DNA of 64,000 nt, taken from Octopus vulgaris. Its lineage: Eukaryota. The stretch spans positions 15,562,001 to 15,626,000 of the forward strand of contig OX597825.1 of assembly GCA_951406725.2 (NCBI GenBank), given 5' to 3'. The notes beneath the pieces were generated by a model. That model was not told the origin of the DNA. It worked only from the letters and a program-made list of their open reading frames with translations, and ran no database searches. Numbering within the stretch: position 1 is the first letter of the stretch; each line of letters begins with the position of its first letter. Position numbers and translations under genes: made by a program. This document shows, piece after piece, positions 1 through 13,505 of this stretch.

Positions 1-275
1 AAAATCATTTTCTTATTTGTTATATAAAAAGAGAGAAAATGATGAAAAAAAAACCTGCTGCTTTTATAGATTTTTATTTAATTCCTTTCATTGCAAAAAC
101 CAAGACTGTTGTTTTGCTATAATTTTTTTTTTTAGTTTTTCTTTTCTTTTATTTTTTTGCTATAAAGTAATATTTCAGATTTTGTTTGGAAAATTTTTAG
201 GCATGAAATATCTGGAAACACTTCAAATGGAATATAAAATATTAATATACATACATATATACACACATATGAATA

Positions 276-340
<65 letters not shown>

Positions 341-352
341 ATGTATATATAT

Positions 353-389
<37 letters not shown>

Positions 390-966
390 GCGTGTGTATA
401 CATGTGTGTGTGTATGAATTTATATACAAATATTATGATGGTGATAATTAAAAATGGAAAAGTACGAATATGTGGAAAGTAAGGTATCATACACTTTCTC
501 TAAATTAATATGCTGTTGAAAATTTTCTTTTTTATTCAATGGGACAATTTCTGAATTTATTTTGATATATATATATGCCAATCTTTTGGCTTCACAGAAT
601 TGACGTAAAAGCGAACGTGTACAGCAATATTGTAAATATCCAGCGCCTTAATTTTGCCACTATTCTCCCTCAAATATTTGATGTACTCTGAAATTTAATG
701 ATATTAGAAAGCATCAATAGGGTTTGTAAACTTGTTTCGTCTTGTGGACAGCTTCAACATTTGTAAACGAGATAAATACTGATGAAGACACCGAGAGAGA
801 GAGTGGGGACAAACATACAGAGAGATACACAGGCAGACATCCTGACAGATTGACAGAGAGGCAGATAGAGAGATAGACACACATGCAGACGAATAGGCAG
901 ATAGAAAAAGTGACGGACTGAGAGAGAGATGTTGAAAAGATAAACGGTAGAGATGGGAAAAGGGAA

Positions 967-2197
967 ATGGTGTTCAGGCAAAATTTAACGGTTTTTCGTG
1001 TCTCATTTATTGGGCTTTTGTTTTTGGATCAGCTTGATGCATCGAAATTCAACGGCGTTGGAGAGCATGAAGATTAAAGTTGATAGAAGAAAAATTAGCT
1101 CACAAGAGAAAGTCATCTGAAAACTGCTCTGAAAACACTCTAAAGGTTATGAAATGTCTCAAAGACAGTTGTAATGGGGACTACGTAGCCGTGGCCAACA
1201 AGAAGGGACACAGATGGCGTTCTGACTGCGTCGGCATACCAGTATTCATCCACTCATCCTTGAATAGGGTCTTAGGTTCAATTCAGACGGCTACGTGAAG
1301 CTGCTGGAGACTGTAACTAATCCCTGGCTGAAGAATGTTGCTGCTGGAAGGCCATATCTGTGACAGAAGGACTAGGTTTCTTAACATATCCACCGGAAAG
1401 AACTACAAGTGTTTGTTGGAGAATATCTATGACTTCACCCACCCAAATTTCTGACCTTCTATAGCTCCCGGTTGTATAACTGTGGGGCGCGGTTGAGAAA
1501 CACACCAACCGCTTTGCCTGCAATGCCAAGGTCAAATTGATGGCCAAGATCACGGAAGTGTTCGATCTTCTCTGGGACACAGTGAAGAACGCATGCAACA
1601 GGTTCCGGATCCCTGCTAAGCTCGTGGTAGAATCTGAGGGCATCTACTTTGAGAAAATTATCTCCCTGCCATAATCTTTTTTATTTTTTATTTTTCTCTT
1701 TTAATTGGTTTCAGTCATTTGACTGCGGCCACGTTGATGCACCGCCTTTAGTCGAATAAAATGACACCAGAATTTATTCTTTGTAAGCCTATTACTTATT
1801 CTATCATTCCCTTTTGCCGAACCGCTAATGTACAGGGACATATACACACCAGCATCCGTTGTCAAGCTGTGGTGGGGACAAACACAGACAAACAAACATA
1901 TATACATATATACATGTATATATACAAGAGAGGCTTCTTTCGGGTTCTGTCAACCAAATTCACTCACAAGGCTTTGGTCGGCCCGAGGCTGTAGTAGAAG
2001 ACACTTGCCCAAGGTGCCACGCAGTGGGACTCAACCCGGCACCATGTGGTTGGAAAGAAAGTTTCTGACCTGACAGCCACGCCTGCGCCTAATCTAGTAA
2101 ATATTTTCTTATTTTTTAAAATACTTCCATTTATTCTATGAGATTGTGTTTATTTTTTTCTTTTCTTGCCAACTGTCAAATTTAGCCCGAGCACCAT
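967..2197 (+). mobile_element. Internally deleted, decayed IS630-Tc1-mariner superfamily DNA transposon (possibly maT/DD37D-like), interrupted by a SINE
   Basis: Imperfect TIRs: ATGGTGTTCAGGCAAAATTTAACGGTT (967-993) and the reverse complement of 2171-2197. Broken frames at ~1290-1655 read LLETVTNPWLKNVAAGRPY...WGAVEKHTNRFACN...TVKNACNRFR...VVESEGIYFE, typical of a DDE transposase C-terminal half. Confidence 0.75.
1695..2090 (-). mobile_element. tRNA-derived SINE family A, full length, nested in the DNA transposon
   Basis: Reverse complement matches the copy at 32769-33180 (tRNA-like head, central TA/TG tract, tail GGCGGTGC..CAGTCAAATGACTGAAAC). Confidence 0.9.
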
Positions 2198-4612
2198 ATA
2201 TAGCTCGCTGATAATGCCTTGCTGATACGTTAGAATGCCTCATTTATTTCTCCATTTCCCATAGCTCACCAGATGTACATTGCTCGACATATCCAAATGC
2301 ACAGTCTGTTTGGTTTGCTAATAGTACCATGTTGGCATAGAGCAGCAAACTAATGACATATATCTCATTTAACATTGCTTGTCTTACCTGAAGCTATTTT
2401 TATCTATTTCCACAAAATACCTGTTTACTGCAAGGGTTATCTGGCACGCGACAACATGGGCCTTCTGCGTCTTCTTTTTCTTCTGAACTACAACAATTTT
2501 TCTGTTAAATATGGCCAATCCAGCTGCGGATAACAATTGCTTTGGTTTTTACCGTTGACAATCCCTTCTTAACACCTGCACACTTCATTCCTTCGTCTCC
2601 GCAGACAATCTTAGACACTCATTATATGACTATCAGAAACACAGATAGTACTAAGTCTTTTTCACATTACCAACAGCGTAACACCCTACGTCCATCTCGA
2701 TCTCACGCATACACACCTCTACATACACTCACGCAAAATACTTGCATACATATACTCACTTCAAAACACACAATTTTTTTTTAATATTTTTTTTGTTGTT
2801 TTTGTAAAATCTCAGAAATTAATTAAAAATTCGCATTTTTTGTCAAATTATCTTGTTATATTTGTCTATCTATCCAACAGTAAACATTTTAAATATTTCA
2901 CTAACTTTTTGTTACAACTTGACAAAAGAGTACATTTTTTGCCAAAAATTGCTAAATTCGTTCCCACAGTCTTCCCACGCATAAACCTTACCATAAAATT
3001 TCTGTAATGATTTTCTGGATCTATATCCTCTCTCGCTTTTTTGTTGCAACAAACCAATATTTTATACTCTTTCTGCGCTTCAACTCAATCTTCTCTCCTT
3101 CTTTCATCAACCATGCTTCTTTCGCTATAAACCACATTATTTTTAATGAAACGTTCCTTTTCTCATCTCATATTCTTGGTAAAGTATTTCTTTCCGAAAC
3201 GTTGAATTATGATCTGTTTTTCTTTTACTGGGTAATTACCTATTACGTTTTCTTTGTCATTGCTTTATAGTTTTTCCCTATTTTCTCCAGTCACTTAGGA
3301 TATTCTGTCACTATACTAACTCACTCACTCACATTATCGCTTGAGTTATCTTATTACATTACATAACATTCCTATGGCCTTCTAAACTCTCCACAGAGTA
3401 ACAAAGATTATTTTCCTGTGAATTACATCATCTCTCAAGCAATTTCTAATTCCTTTTCTTCATAATTTCCACCACGAATCCCTGCATCTTTTCTCATTTA
3501 TTTTAGACTTCCTATTGTCGATTTATTGTTAACTGCTACACCACCAACAATCATTCCAGCACCATTTCGGTCCCTCTATTTACTCTTTTGTCTATTCAGT
3601 CTATTACTTCAAGTAATTCCCTCTTTCCAGTGATTAAACCGAGATATTATTACCATGGCGGAACCCAATTACGCAAAGCTATTTGCCGATCCTAAATAGT
3701 CACCAGGTTCCCTAGACCTCCTCCTCCTTAATGACTGGTACTTGCGCCTTATTTACTTGTACCAACCTGAGCACTTTCAAAACCTTCCACACTATGATAG
3801 ATTTTGTAGCTACCTTTATCTCCATCGCTTTTGCTAAATTCTTTCCAAGATTTAATCTCGCTTTTGTCACTCAAACCCAGTTTGCTATTTCCTACACAGA
3901 AGTAATCCTATTTTATACAAATATTGTTAAATTCATCCAGCTTATGAAGCTAACTTCCATTGTGTTCGCTCTAGTAACTGTCATTCTGCTCTCTCGAATT
4001 TTTCCACATCACATCCAAACACCTTTCCTTTCAACATATAAGGTCCCCTCTAGCTTACCCAAACAACACACTACCCAAGCGCAGTTTTATTTCTTCCTAC
4101 AAGACCACATCGCTCTCCAGATCGTCCATAAATACTCTCTCACTTCTAGGTGATGGATACTCTACGGTGGCCTCAGACAGATATCTGTGAGTTTGTATAC
4201 GTGTGTATGCGTGTATACTCGTGTCAACTGCAGGAATCAGATGCATTCTTGTCTGTCTTCTGTCCAAGCTTGTTCCTTCGCGTTCGCCACCTCACCTCAT
4301 TTAGACTTAGCAGCCCTTCTTGTTTGTTTCTACTGCCCTGTTTTTGATACCAATTTTTACCCTCTGCAAAATCCAAAATTTTATTTAATTTGCTTTGGGA
4401 GAGGAACTGTTTTATCGAAGGCGTATCTTTGCTTAACTTTTTTTTTTCCATTTGTTTCTTTCGTTGTTCCAGAAAAGAAAAGAGTTCATATACCATGTAT
4501 TCGTATTTTATGTTGTTTACGTTCTGTGCGGTCCTGTGCCCACATATGCATATGCATATGTATATAAAGATGTACATATATGTATGTATATATGCATATA
4601 TAGTATTTATAT

Positions 4613-4652
<40 letters not shown>

Positions 4653-6272
4653 AACATATATATAAATATATATATATATGCTTATATACGTATTTATATA
4701 TCGATGCATTTATGCATATGTGTACATATTGTTGTTTGTCTTTATATCGCAGATATATACTGGAGTAGGATGAAAACATTTTTGAGTAAATCGAAAGAAA
4801 AAAAAACAAAAGATCTATGAACGAAGTTTATAGCAAGGAATTAGATGGATATTAGTTTGTGTCTCATGCTATCAAAAATTTACTGAACAAATGACTGACA
4901 TTTTGACGAGCTGTAACGCTGTTAATCACAAATTATGATATAAAGATATAAAAATATGCAAATATGTAACATGTTTAATGTGCTTTCTCTTAAAAAATAT
5001 GAATAATTTCTCGAGGGACTTTAATAATCTTTCATTTCCCGTGACCATCTTGGACTAAGAAAATGGTCTGGTTTTAGCCACGATTTGAAACAAATGCAGA
5101 GTCTCGGATAACTAAGATTTTTACTTCTTGGTTAGGTTTTCTTTATGAAATTTAATTTTGTTGTATAAAAAGACAATTGAAATTATAATGGAGTGTATGT
5201 TTGCAGGGAAACAATGATATCAGCCGAAACAGATCATTGGATAATAAAGAATTGAAGTTGTAACCACATTACATTAGCAATATTCTGTGAAATATGAGTT
5301 TTCATACATTTAGTTAATAAACTAAAGAAAAAAAAAATACTAATACATACACAAGATTTAATTTATATAAAATTTATATATAAAAATAGAAATAAAACAC
5401 TAAGTTTTGTTCTGCTCTTTTTGTTTGTTTGTTTTGGTTGTTGGTTCGTTTTTGCTATTGTTCGCATAATTTTTCTTTTATATTTCTCCTTTTTCCTTTC
5501 TGTTGTTCAGATTTTAATTGAAGTATAGGAAAATACAATTAAATTTTTCATATTTGAATTGAAAATTCCATAGTTTCAAGTGCTCTATTACTCCATTTGC
5601 ATTTTCCTATTTAATTCATAGCCATGGATAGCAAACTTTTTTTATTGATTGAAATTTAAATTACACGAGATAACAGCAACACAGATGGATGGTGATGCTG
5701 CAAAATATTTTTTTTTTTTTAATTTTCTTAATCATTTCCCCACATTTTTTCTCTTCCTCTGCAGCCACTATTCAGAGTGTTGTCAAAAATCATTCATCAC
5801 AGTAAGTAAGATAATTATTTTAGAAATGACAATCAACTTTGAAATGATTGCTTTCAAATGATTCGTCTAAATATTATCAATTGATTTGTAAGCAAGCTCA
5901 TATATAAAATTATTTCTTTTTCTTTTTTTCTATCTTTTTTTTTGGAATTCTTACATTTCACGTAATGTAATTATATTAATATACTAGTTTTCTGTTTTAA
6001 TAAATACGCTTTCAGATCAGTGGAACGGCAAAAATGGGAATACTACAGAAAATTTTCAATGAATTTAACTACTAACCTACAGATTTTAAGCTCAAATTTC
6101 TTTGGCATTCACTCTGCTTTTTACCGCACTCAGCTCAATAAAAATGTCCCAATAATATACTAGAATCAGTTCCTTTCTTTCCATTTCTGTTCTGGTTCCA
6201 TAGTTTGAAAGAAAGTAATTGTCCCATATATAATGTAGAAAAGAACATTTCCAGTGATATATGCATGTGTAC

Positions 6273-6390
<118 letters not shown>

Positions 6391-7287
6391 AATAATATAT
6401 ATGACCAACCTTGTCATATTCTGTGTCAGGCTGAATCTTCGTAGGATTTAGGCTGAGCCCTCTATATCTGTGAAGTATTCAGCCACTTGCACACTAATTT
6501 CACGAGTGGGCTGTTCCCTTGATCAGGTCAACTGATACCCGCCTCGTCATAAGCGATGCAGTGCCTCTTATTATGCAACTATACATACATGTATTTGGTG
6601 CATCAAGCCAGAGAGAGAGCATTAAATACGTACGATAATGTAGGATAGATTTACTGGTACGATGAATTAATTAGTCCTGTGAAAGATAACCCTAACGAGA
6701 AGCGTCGGGGTGAAGCCCCCGCTACCATCATATACACACACACACACACATACATATATATATGCAGATATACACATATATACACATATATAGTGTGCAT
6801 GTATGTGTGTGTGTTTTTTGGTTTCTAGCATATACATTTTGGTTTCTTTGGTTTCCTGCATATGCATTTTGGTTTCTTGCATATACATGCATATGTGTAA
6901 ATGCATGCGTGATCCTATTAGTTCTGAAATGGCTTGGGAGTTGGTATAATTATACACACACGCGTGCACACACAGGTACACATGCACAGACACAAAAACA
7001 GACACATGCACACACATATATATGTGTGTGAGTGAGTGAGTGTGAACGTGACCCAATATATATACACCTCTATGTACCTGTATATATATATGTGTGTGTC
7101 TGTGTGTGTGTGTGTGTGTATGAATGTTATGCCTTTATAAACGAAATTTTTCCATTGCCTCGTTTTAACATGAGTACATTTTCATTTGAACTACACTTTC
7201 CATGCATTTTAAAGATCAATCAAGCAACGCTAGGCTTAGTACGGTATACATGCATGCATATGCATATCAGCACCATTTAATTAGAAG

Positions 7288-7497
<210 letters not shown>

Positions 7498-7512
7498 GTT
7501 TGTGTGTGTGCG

Positions 7513-7891
7513 TGTGTCAGTATGTTCGGATGGTTGAGTCTGGGTTTGTACTTTTCAATGAAGAATGTTTCCTTGTTCAGTCTCATTTGTGTTGATGATC
7601 CGAAAGCACATTGGTAAAATGGGAAGATTAAAAATTGTGGCAGTAGTTGCTTTGCGCATTTCTCAATGTGCTCACTAAAAGGTATCATTCTATATTCTGG
7701 GAATTCCCAGAATATAGAATGATACCTTTTAGTGAGCACATTGAGAAATGCGCAAAGCAACTACTGCCACAATTTTTAATCTTCCCATTTTACCAATGTG
7801 CTTTCGGATCAACACAAATGAGACTGAACAAGGAAACATTCTTCATTGAAAAGTACAAACCCAGACTCAACCATCCGAACATACTGACACA
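7513..7891. repeat. Near-perfect 379-bp palindrome, no spacer
   Basis: Arms 7513-7703 and 7704-7891 centred on GAATTC; they differ only by a 3-bp indel. Confidence 0.97.
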
Positions 7892-8084
7892 GAGAAATTA
7901 ACAAGGGAAAGGGAAAAACCATCCGAACATACTGACACAGAGAAATGAACAACGGAAAAGGAAAACAAATTTTAAGCGATTATCTCCCTTACACCGGAAG
8001 AAATCACTCACTACCTCCCCTTATTTAGAAATCTCCTGAAAATAAATACAACGATAACTCCATGCAATATAAACATAACGTCAC

Positions 8085-8124
8085 AAGAAATTTGAAAAGC
8101 TACACGCGAAACCGGTAATTTCTT
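8085..8124 (+). ncRNA. Minimal type I hammerhead ribozyme, U3:A8 variant
   Basis: AAGAAAT-[TTGAAAA]-GC tacac GC-[GAAA]-CCGG-TA-ATTTCTT: 7-bp stem I, 2-bp stem II, palindromic ACCGGT stem III, GUA triplet (predicted cut after 8117). Confidence 0.8.
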
Positions 8125-8295
8125 TAAAAATTTTTAAAATTATGTCATTTTAAGGAAAGGAAAAAAATTTTTCCAATATTCTCCAAACATTTTGACACAA
8201 ATATATATATTTTTTAACATTTAAGCCTTCTGTCGTTTTTTCACACTTTACTATTTTCTTATATATTCACCCACGTGCTTTACCAAACAAACTTT

Positions 8296-8375
<80 letters not shown>

Positions 8376-9241
8376 CACATATATATATATATACATATAT
8401 ACACCCTCGTGCCTGCACATACATGACATGTCTACATATAATAGCGTCGTTGCCTGACTGCAAACATTCGACATATATCATACGTGACGCAGAAATTTGG
8501 CTCAGACCGCAAATCGTAGCCACACATCTTTCAAATTTAATAATACATATTATGCTATTTTTCTATAGCGAAAATCTGTTGAAGAATTTTATTCATTTCA
8601 TACCACAAGAGTCACTAGCGTCAGTATACAATGAATTCTAATTCACATCTAGCAAGAACTACTTGTAATGGCGATGTTATTATTGTCCTTCCTCTCTCAA
8701 TGAAAATTTTAGTTGCTGGCCTTTTAAATGACTATTGATTAATTCCACCAGTTGACCAACTGACAAATCGTACAGCAATACGTTCAGAACTGGGGAAATT
8801 ATATCCTATATACCATTATCTTCAGTTCTGTGTCTTTTATATGACTCACACTCAATTGAAATGACATACTATGTTAACTCAAACATGAAGACGCATTTTT
8901 AAATGAGTCTCCCATTGAGAAAGTCATGTGTTTTACATTCGCTCTGATCTTTATTGCTGCATCTCCAATTTTTATTCATTTCCTGTTACTATAAAATACC
9001 AGAAAAAAAAGGAACATATACGTAAATATATATCACGCAAACATACACACACACACGTATATACACACACACTCAAACACTAATATACACACATATGCGT
9101 GTGAATATACACGTACAACATCCATTGGTATTTATGCATATTTATACACACGCATAATGTATGTGCACATATATTTCTCTCTCTCAGTGTCTCTCTCTCT
9201 AAACATATATATATATATACATAGACACACATACATATATA

Positions 9242-9316
<75 letters not shown>

Positions 9317-9487
9317 TCATAGTCATACATGCATATACATAGATATATGTGTACGTGTGTTTGTGTGGCGGTGGAGAGTGGGGTGTATGCGTGTATGTAT
9401 TATGGAACGTTGACCTAACCGTATTGATTTATGTTTGCGTGTAGTTATTATTTTTTCTCACGCAAACCCTATCTCTGTCTCTGTCTC

Positions 9488-9521
<34 letters not shown>

Positions 9522-11049
9522 GCGCTTCTCTCCTTCTCCTTCTCATACAGAAAAGCACATATTTATAACATGTGCACATTTGTGTGTATAAATGCGTATA
9601 TAAATATATCATCGCACGTGTTTTCTATTCAAGAGGGACGGATATTATCACAAGTCCAATAAAATATATAATTGTCAAGTTTATACGGGATATATTTTGG
9701 TGTACACATACAGAGCCTTGATATTAATTTGATGTTCTTTCTTCCTTAAACTATATCATTGAATATTCATCGTATATTTAATGTTCATATATTTTTCTAA
9801 GTGTACAGGAATAAGTACATTCCTTTGTTCTACATGCATGATGCCGTGCTTCTGGTGCAGTAGGCTATCCGTATGCATTTATTACAATAGATGATTAAAT
9901 ATCAACAGCCAAGTCTACCTAGGTTTGTGTACATGTAAACGTGATAGTACCTCTGAATTCGTGAATAAAATATTGGTTAGAAATCCTGATTGAAATGTTT
10001 TTGTGTAGAAAGCTTCCTCTATTAAAACAGCATGGAGTCCATTCAGAGATTTGTTTCTCATCAACTTCATTCAACAGAAACAGAAGATAAGGCCTGGCTG
10101 CGTATCTAAGAGCAGCTAAGTTTACCTAGACTTTATACAGGTGTAATGCTGATTGCATTTGAGAATTCATCAATTAACTATTGGTAAGTGACCTGTTGTA
10201 AAGGGGTCTTTGCCACTGTTGTATCTGTCTTTTGACGAAGCTTATCCCTCTGAAAGATATTACTATAGTCCGAAGTCGTCGATAGAGTGCTTCTATGTGG
10301 CACTGTACGACCTCCAGTCGTACAATGTTATTGTCCTCAAAGGGTTGGATCGTTATAACGTCCACTTAATATCACAGTATAATTACTATATCAGCACAGA
10401 CACGACTATCAACACAATCTACACGTACATCCCACCTTCCGAATTTCTGTTGTCAACAGGCTACTGGTCTATTTATAATGACTGGCTACTACCACTTTTT
10501 ACCGGGCGGAGTGTACAGTTTCACTATAGAACAAGATCTGACATAAATATTTTGGAGCCAAACATATATATCCGGGGGTAAAAAGGGATTGTGAAACAGG
10601 GAGAAACTAGTTATTTAATATTATGAAAAGTATCAAGTCATACATACCTAAACACATACTGCATCAACTGAACACGCAATTCGAAACAATACCTTACGGT
10701 CTGAAATCTCGGACAAATATCTTTGTCACAGAAAATATGCTCTCTTATATAACTGTAATATCCCTACTAGGAATATATAATTATGCGTATGAGACTATAG
10801 GCGTGTTATTTAGTGTTTAAGGTGTTGAACTCCTGATCGTATGATTGAGGTTTCGATTCCTAGATCGGATGGTGTATTGAGTTCTTGAGTAAGTGAAACA
10901 CGTCATTTCCCATTGCTCTATCCCCTCTGCTGGCGATAATCTGTAGCCTCACGATGACCGGGAGTCCCGTCCAGAGTTTGAATCCAGGAAACCACCATTC
11001 TGAGCCTCTAGCCCCCGAGATACCTTTGACCAATTATGATATATACAAG

Positions 11050-11270
11050 TGTGTGTGCGTGCGTGCTTGTGTTTGTCTTCCACCACCGCTTCAAAACCGG
11101 TATTTGTTTGTTCACGTCCCCGTAGCTTAGCGTTTCGCTAAAATAAACCGATAGTATGGGCACCATACGTTAAAACAACTACTGGGATCGATTTATTTGT
11201 CTGAAACCTTCAAAATGGTGCCCCAGCATTGCCGCACTTCAATGACTGATGCAAGGAAGATACAAAAAGA
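11050..11270 (+). mobile_element. SINE family A, degenerate 3' half
   Basis: ...ACGTCCCCGTAGCTTAGCG...ATGGTGCCCCAGCATTGCCGCAC..AATGACTG matches the family A tail. Confidence 0.75.
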
Positions 11271-11589
11271 TATACAAACGATCCTTTTTGTGACAGATGA
11301 GCGAGGAACGAAAAGCTTCAGTCAACTTGGTTGATCCACACTCAGTGTTTGTCCAGACGAAAGACAGAAGGAAGAGCCGAATTCTAATTTAATGGATTTT
11401 CGCTGACTTCTGTAGTTGTTATTTTGAGCCGACGTTTCTAGAAAAATCAATACTTTGGAAAAATTCAGTACAACGCTTATTTAATACTTTCCGTGTAGTG
11501 GAATAGCATTTTCATTTAAAATTTCAGCAGAATTTGATTGGATTTAATAGCGTTATGAAATGTTGTTTTTTTTCGCAATATTCTTATCA

Positions 11590-11809
11590 TCCCCATCATC
11601 GTCATCATAAGCAGCAGCAGCAGAACCAGCAGCATTATCATCATCAAAAGCATCATAGTCATCATCATCATCATCATCATCATGGTCATCATCATCTCAA
11701 CCAGCATCGCCGAGTTTCCAATCATCCACATCAACGTCAATGTTGTTAATAATAATAATAATAATAATTATTATTATTATTATTATTATTATCATTATTA
11801 TTATTATCA

Positions 11810-11843
<34 letters not shown>

Positions 11844-12042
11844 CATTATTATTATTATTATTATTATCATTATTATTATTATTATTATTACTATTATAGT
11901 AATGATAATAACAGTAATAACAATAATAGTAGTAATAGTAACAACAAAAAAGAAAGCTAATAACGATAATAATTGTAATTATAATAATGATCGTATCAAT
12001 AAAAAAAATTAACAATAAGAACTACCATATCAACAAAACCAC

Positions 12043-12141
<99 letters not shown>

Positions 12142-12510
12142 TGCAACAACAACGGCAAAATCAACAACAACAATAATAACAATAATAGTGGAGGTGATGT
12201 TGATGATGGTGGTGGTGATGGTGAGGGTGATGGTGATGAGGATGAGGATGAGGATGATGAGGTGGAGGAGGATGTTGATGATGAAGACGATGACGAAGGT
12301 CACGACGAAGACGACAACGAGGACAACGATGAGGATGATGAGGATGATGCTGATGATGACGACGATGATGGTGGTGGTGGTTGTGGTGGTGGTGGTGGTG
12401 ACGGTGACGACAAAACTATTGTCATCGCTACTATTAATAATAACGATGATATAAATAATGATGTCAGTAACAACAACAACAACAACAACAACAACGACGA
12501 CAATAATAAT
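11590..12510. repeat. Compound trinucleotide microsatellite block (CAT, TAT/AAT, GAT/GGT, CAA)
   Basis: Directly visible; produces the poly-H/Y/I/D/N pseudo-ORFs. Confidence 0.95.
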
Positions 12511-12986
12511 TGCAATATTAAAAATGCATCGTCTAATGCAACATGACTGACTACAGCTCCAATCATTTCGCTTGTAATAGCTTCCTTATCTACCAGAAAG
12601 CAATATTCAAAATAATGAATAAGAATAATATCAGATACGTTTATTGTTTTCTTGTTATTTCTTATATTTTAAATTATATTAATTCATCTACACTGTGTTT
12701 ATTGTAGGCCTTCATTTATTATTAAGATTTTATTTATATATATATATTTTTTTTTTTCTGAGCTATTGTTTCTTGAGCATAATTTTCTTCTGTTTTCTAT
12801 TTAAAAAAAAATAATAATAATAATAATATCTTTGGTGATTTGCAGATTAGCCATTTTCGAAGTCTGAACGAATTTTCTGCTGTTGGCGTAGATAAATTGG
12901 GAATTTCAAGAAAGATATCACCGACAAATTGCAGCAGCATCACCACATTATTCTCATACTCCGAGATGTCTCAGACATGTATATGG

Positions 12987-13107
<121 letters not shown>

Positions 13108-13110
13108 TGC

Positions 13111-13162
<52 letters not shown>

Positions 13163-13181
13163 ATGTATGTATATGTATATG

Positions 13182-13219
<38 letters not shown>

Positions 13220-13459
13220 ATACAATAATATATATATATACTTATATATATATTATGAGTATACATGATTCATTAACACTATCTGGAAACTCATAATCAA
13301 TATGTTCCTAATGGATGTATACATATTATGTAAAAACCTATACACAGTATCGTATATATGTATAAATATGATTGCGTGACTGCATATGTATCAATGACTA
13401 TAAAGACATATATACTTGTGTGTGTGTGTGTGTTTGCGTGTGTGTGTGCTTGCGTGCGC

Positions 13460-13505
<46 letters not shown>

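Larger units (their letters stand above)
7513..8297 (+). mobile_element. 5'-truncated Penelope-like retroelement 3' end with 5' inverted (fold-back) duplication
   Basis: Plus frame 7704-7870 reads [43 protein letters not shown], the C-terminal R..E.FI...P.LN motif of PLE GIY-YIG endonucleases. 7513-7703 is its reverse complement. A hammerhead lies in the 3' UTR and the element ends at (TA)n. Confidence 0.85.

Noticed and set aside
17-490. ORFs rich in YI/CV/HT dipeptides here and throughout the window
   Set aside because: Translations of (TA)n and (CA)n microsatellites, which lack stop codons in these frames.
2870-4150. Purine-skewed minus-strand region and 140-aa ORF at 3731-4153
   Set aside because: May be a decayed LINE ORF1, but I could not read a diagnostic motif; the plus-strand ORF resembles no known protein.
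10210-10581. 123-aa ORF in non-repetitive-looking sequence
   Set aside because: Non-ATG start, no domain, no convincing splice signals.
11534-12566. Poly-H, poly-Y, poly-N and acidic ORFs
   Set aside because: Trinucleotide microsatellites with no unique coding sequence.
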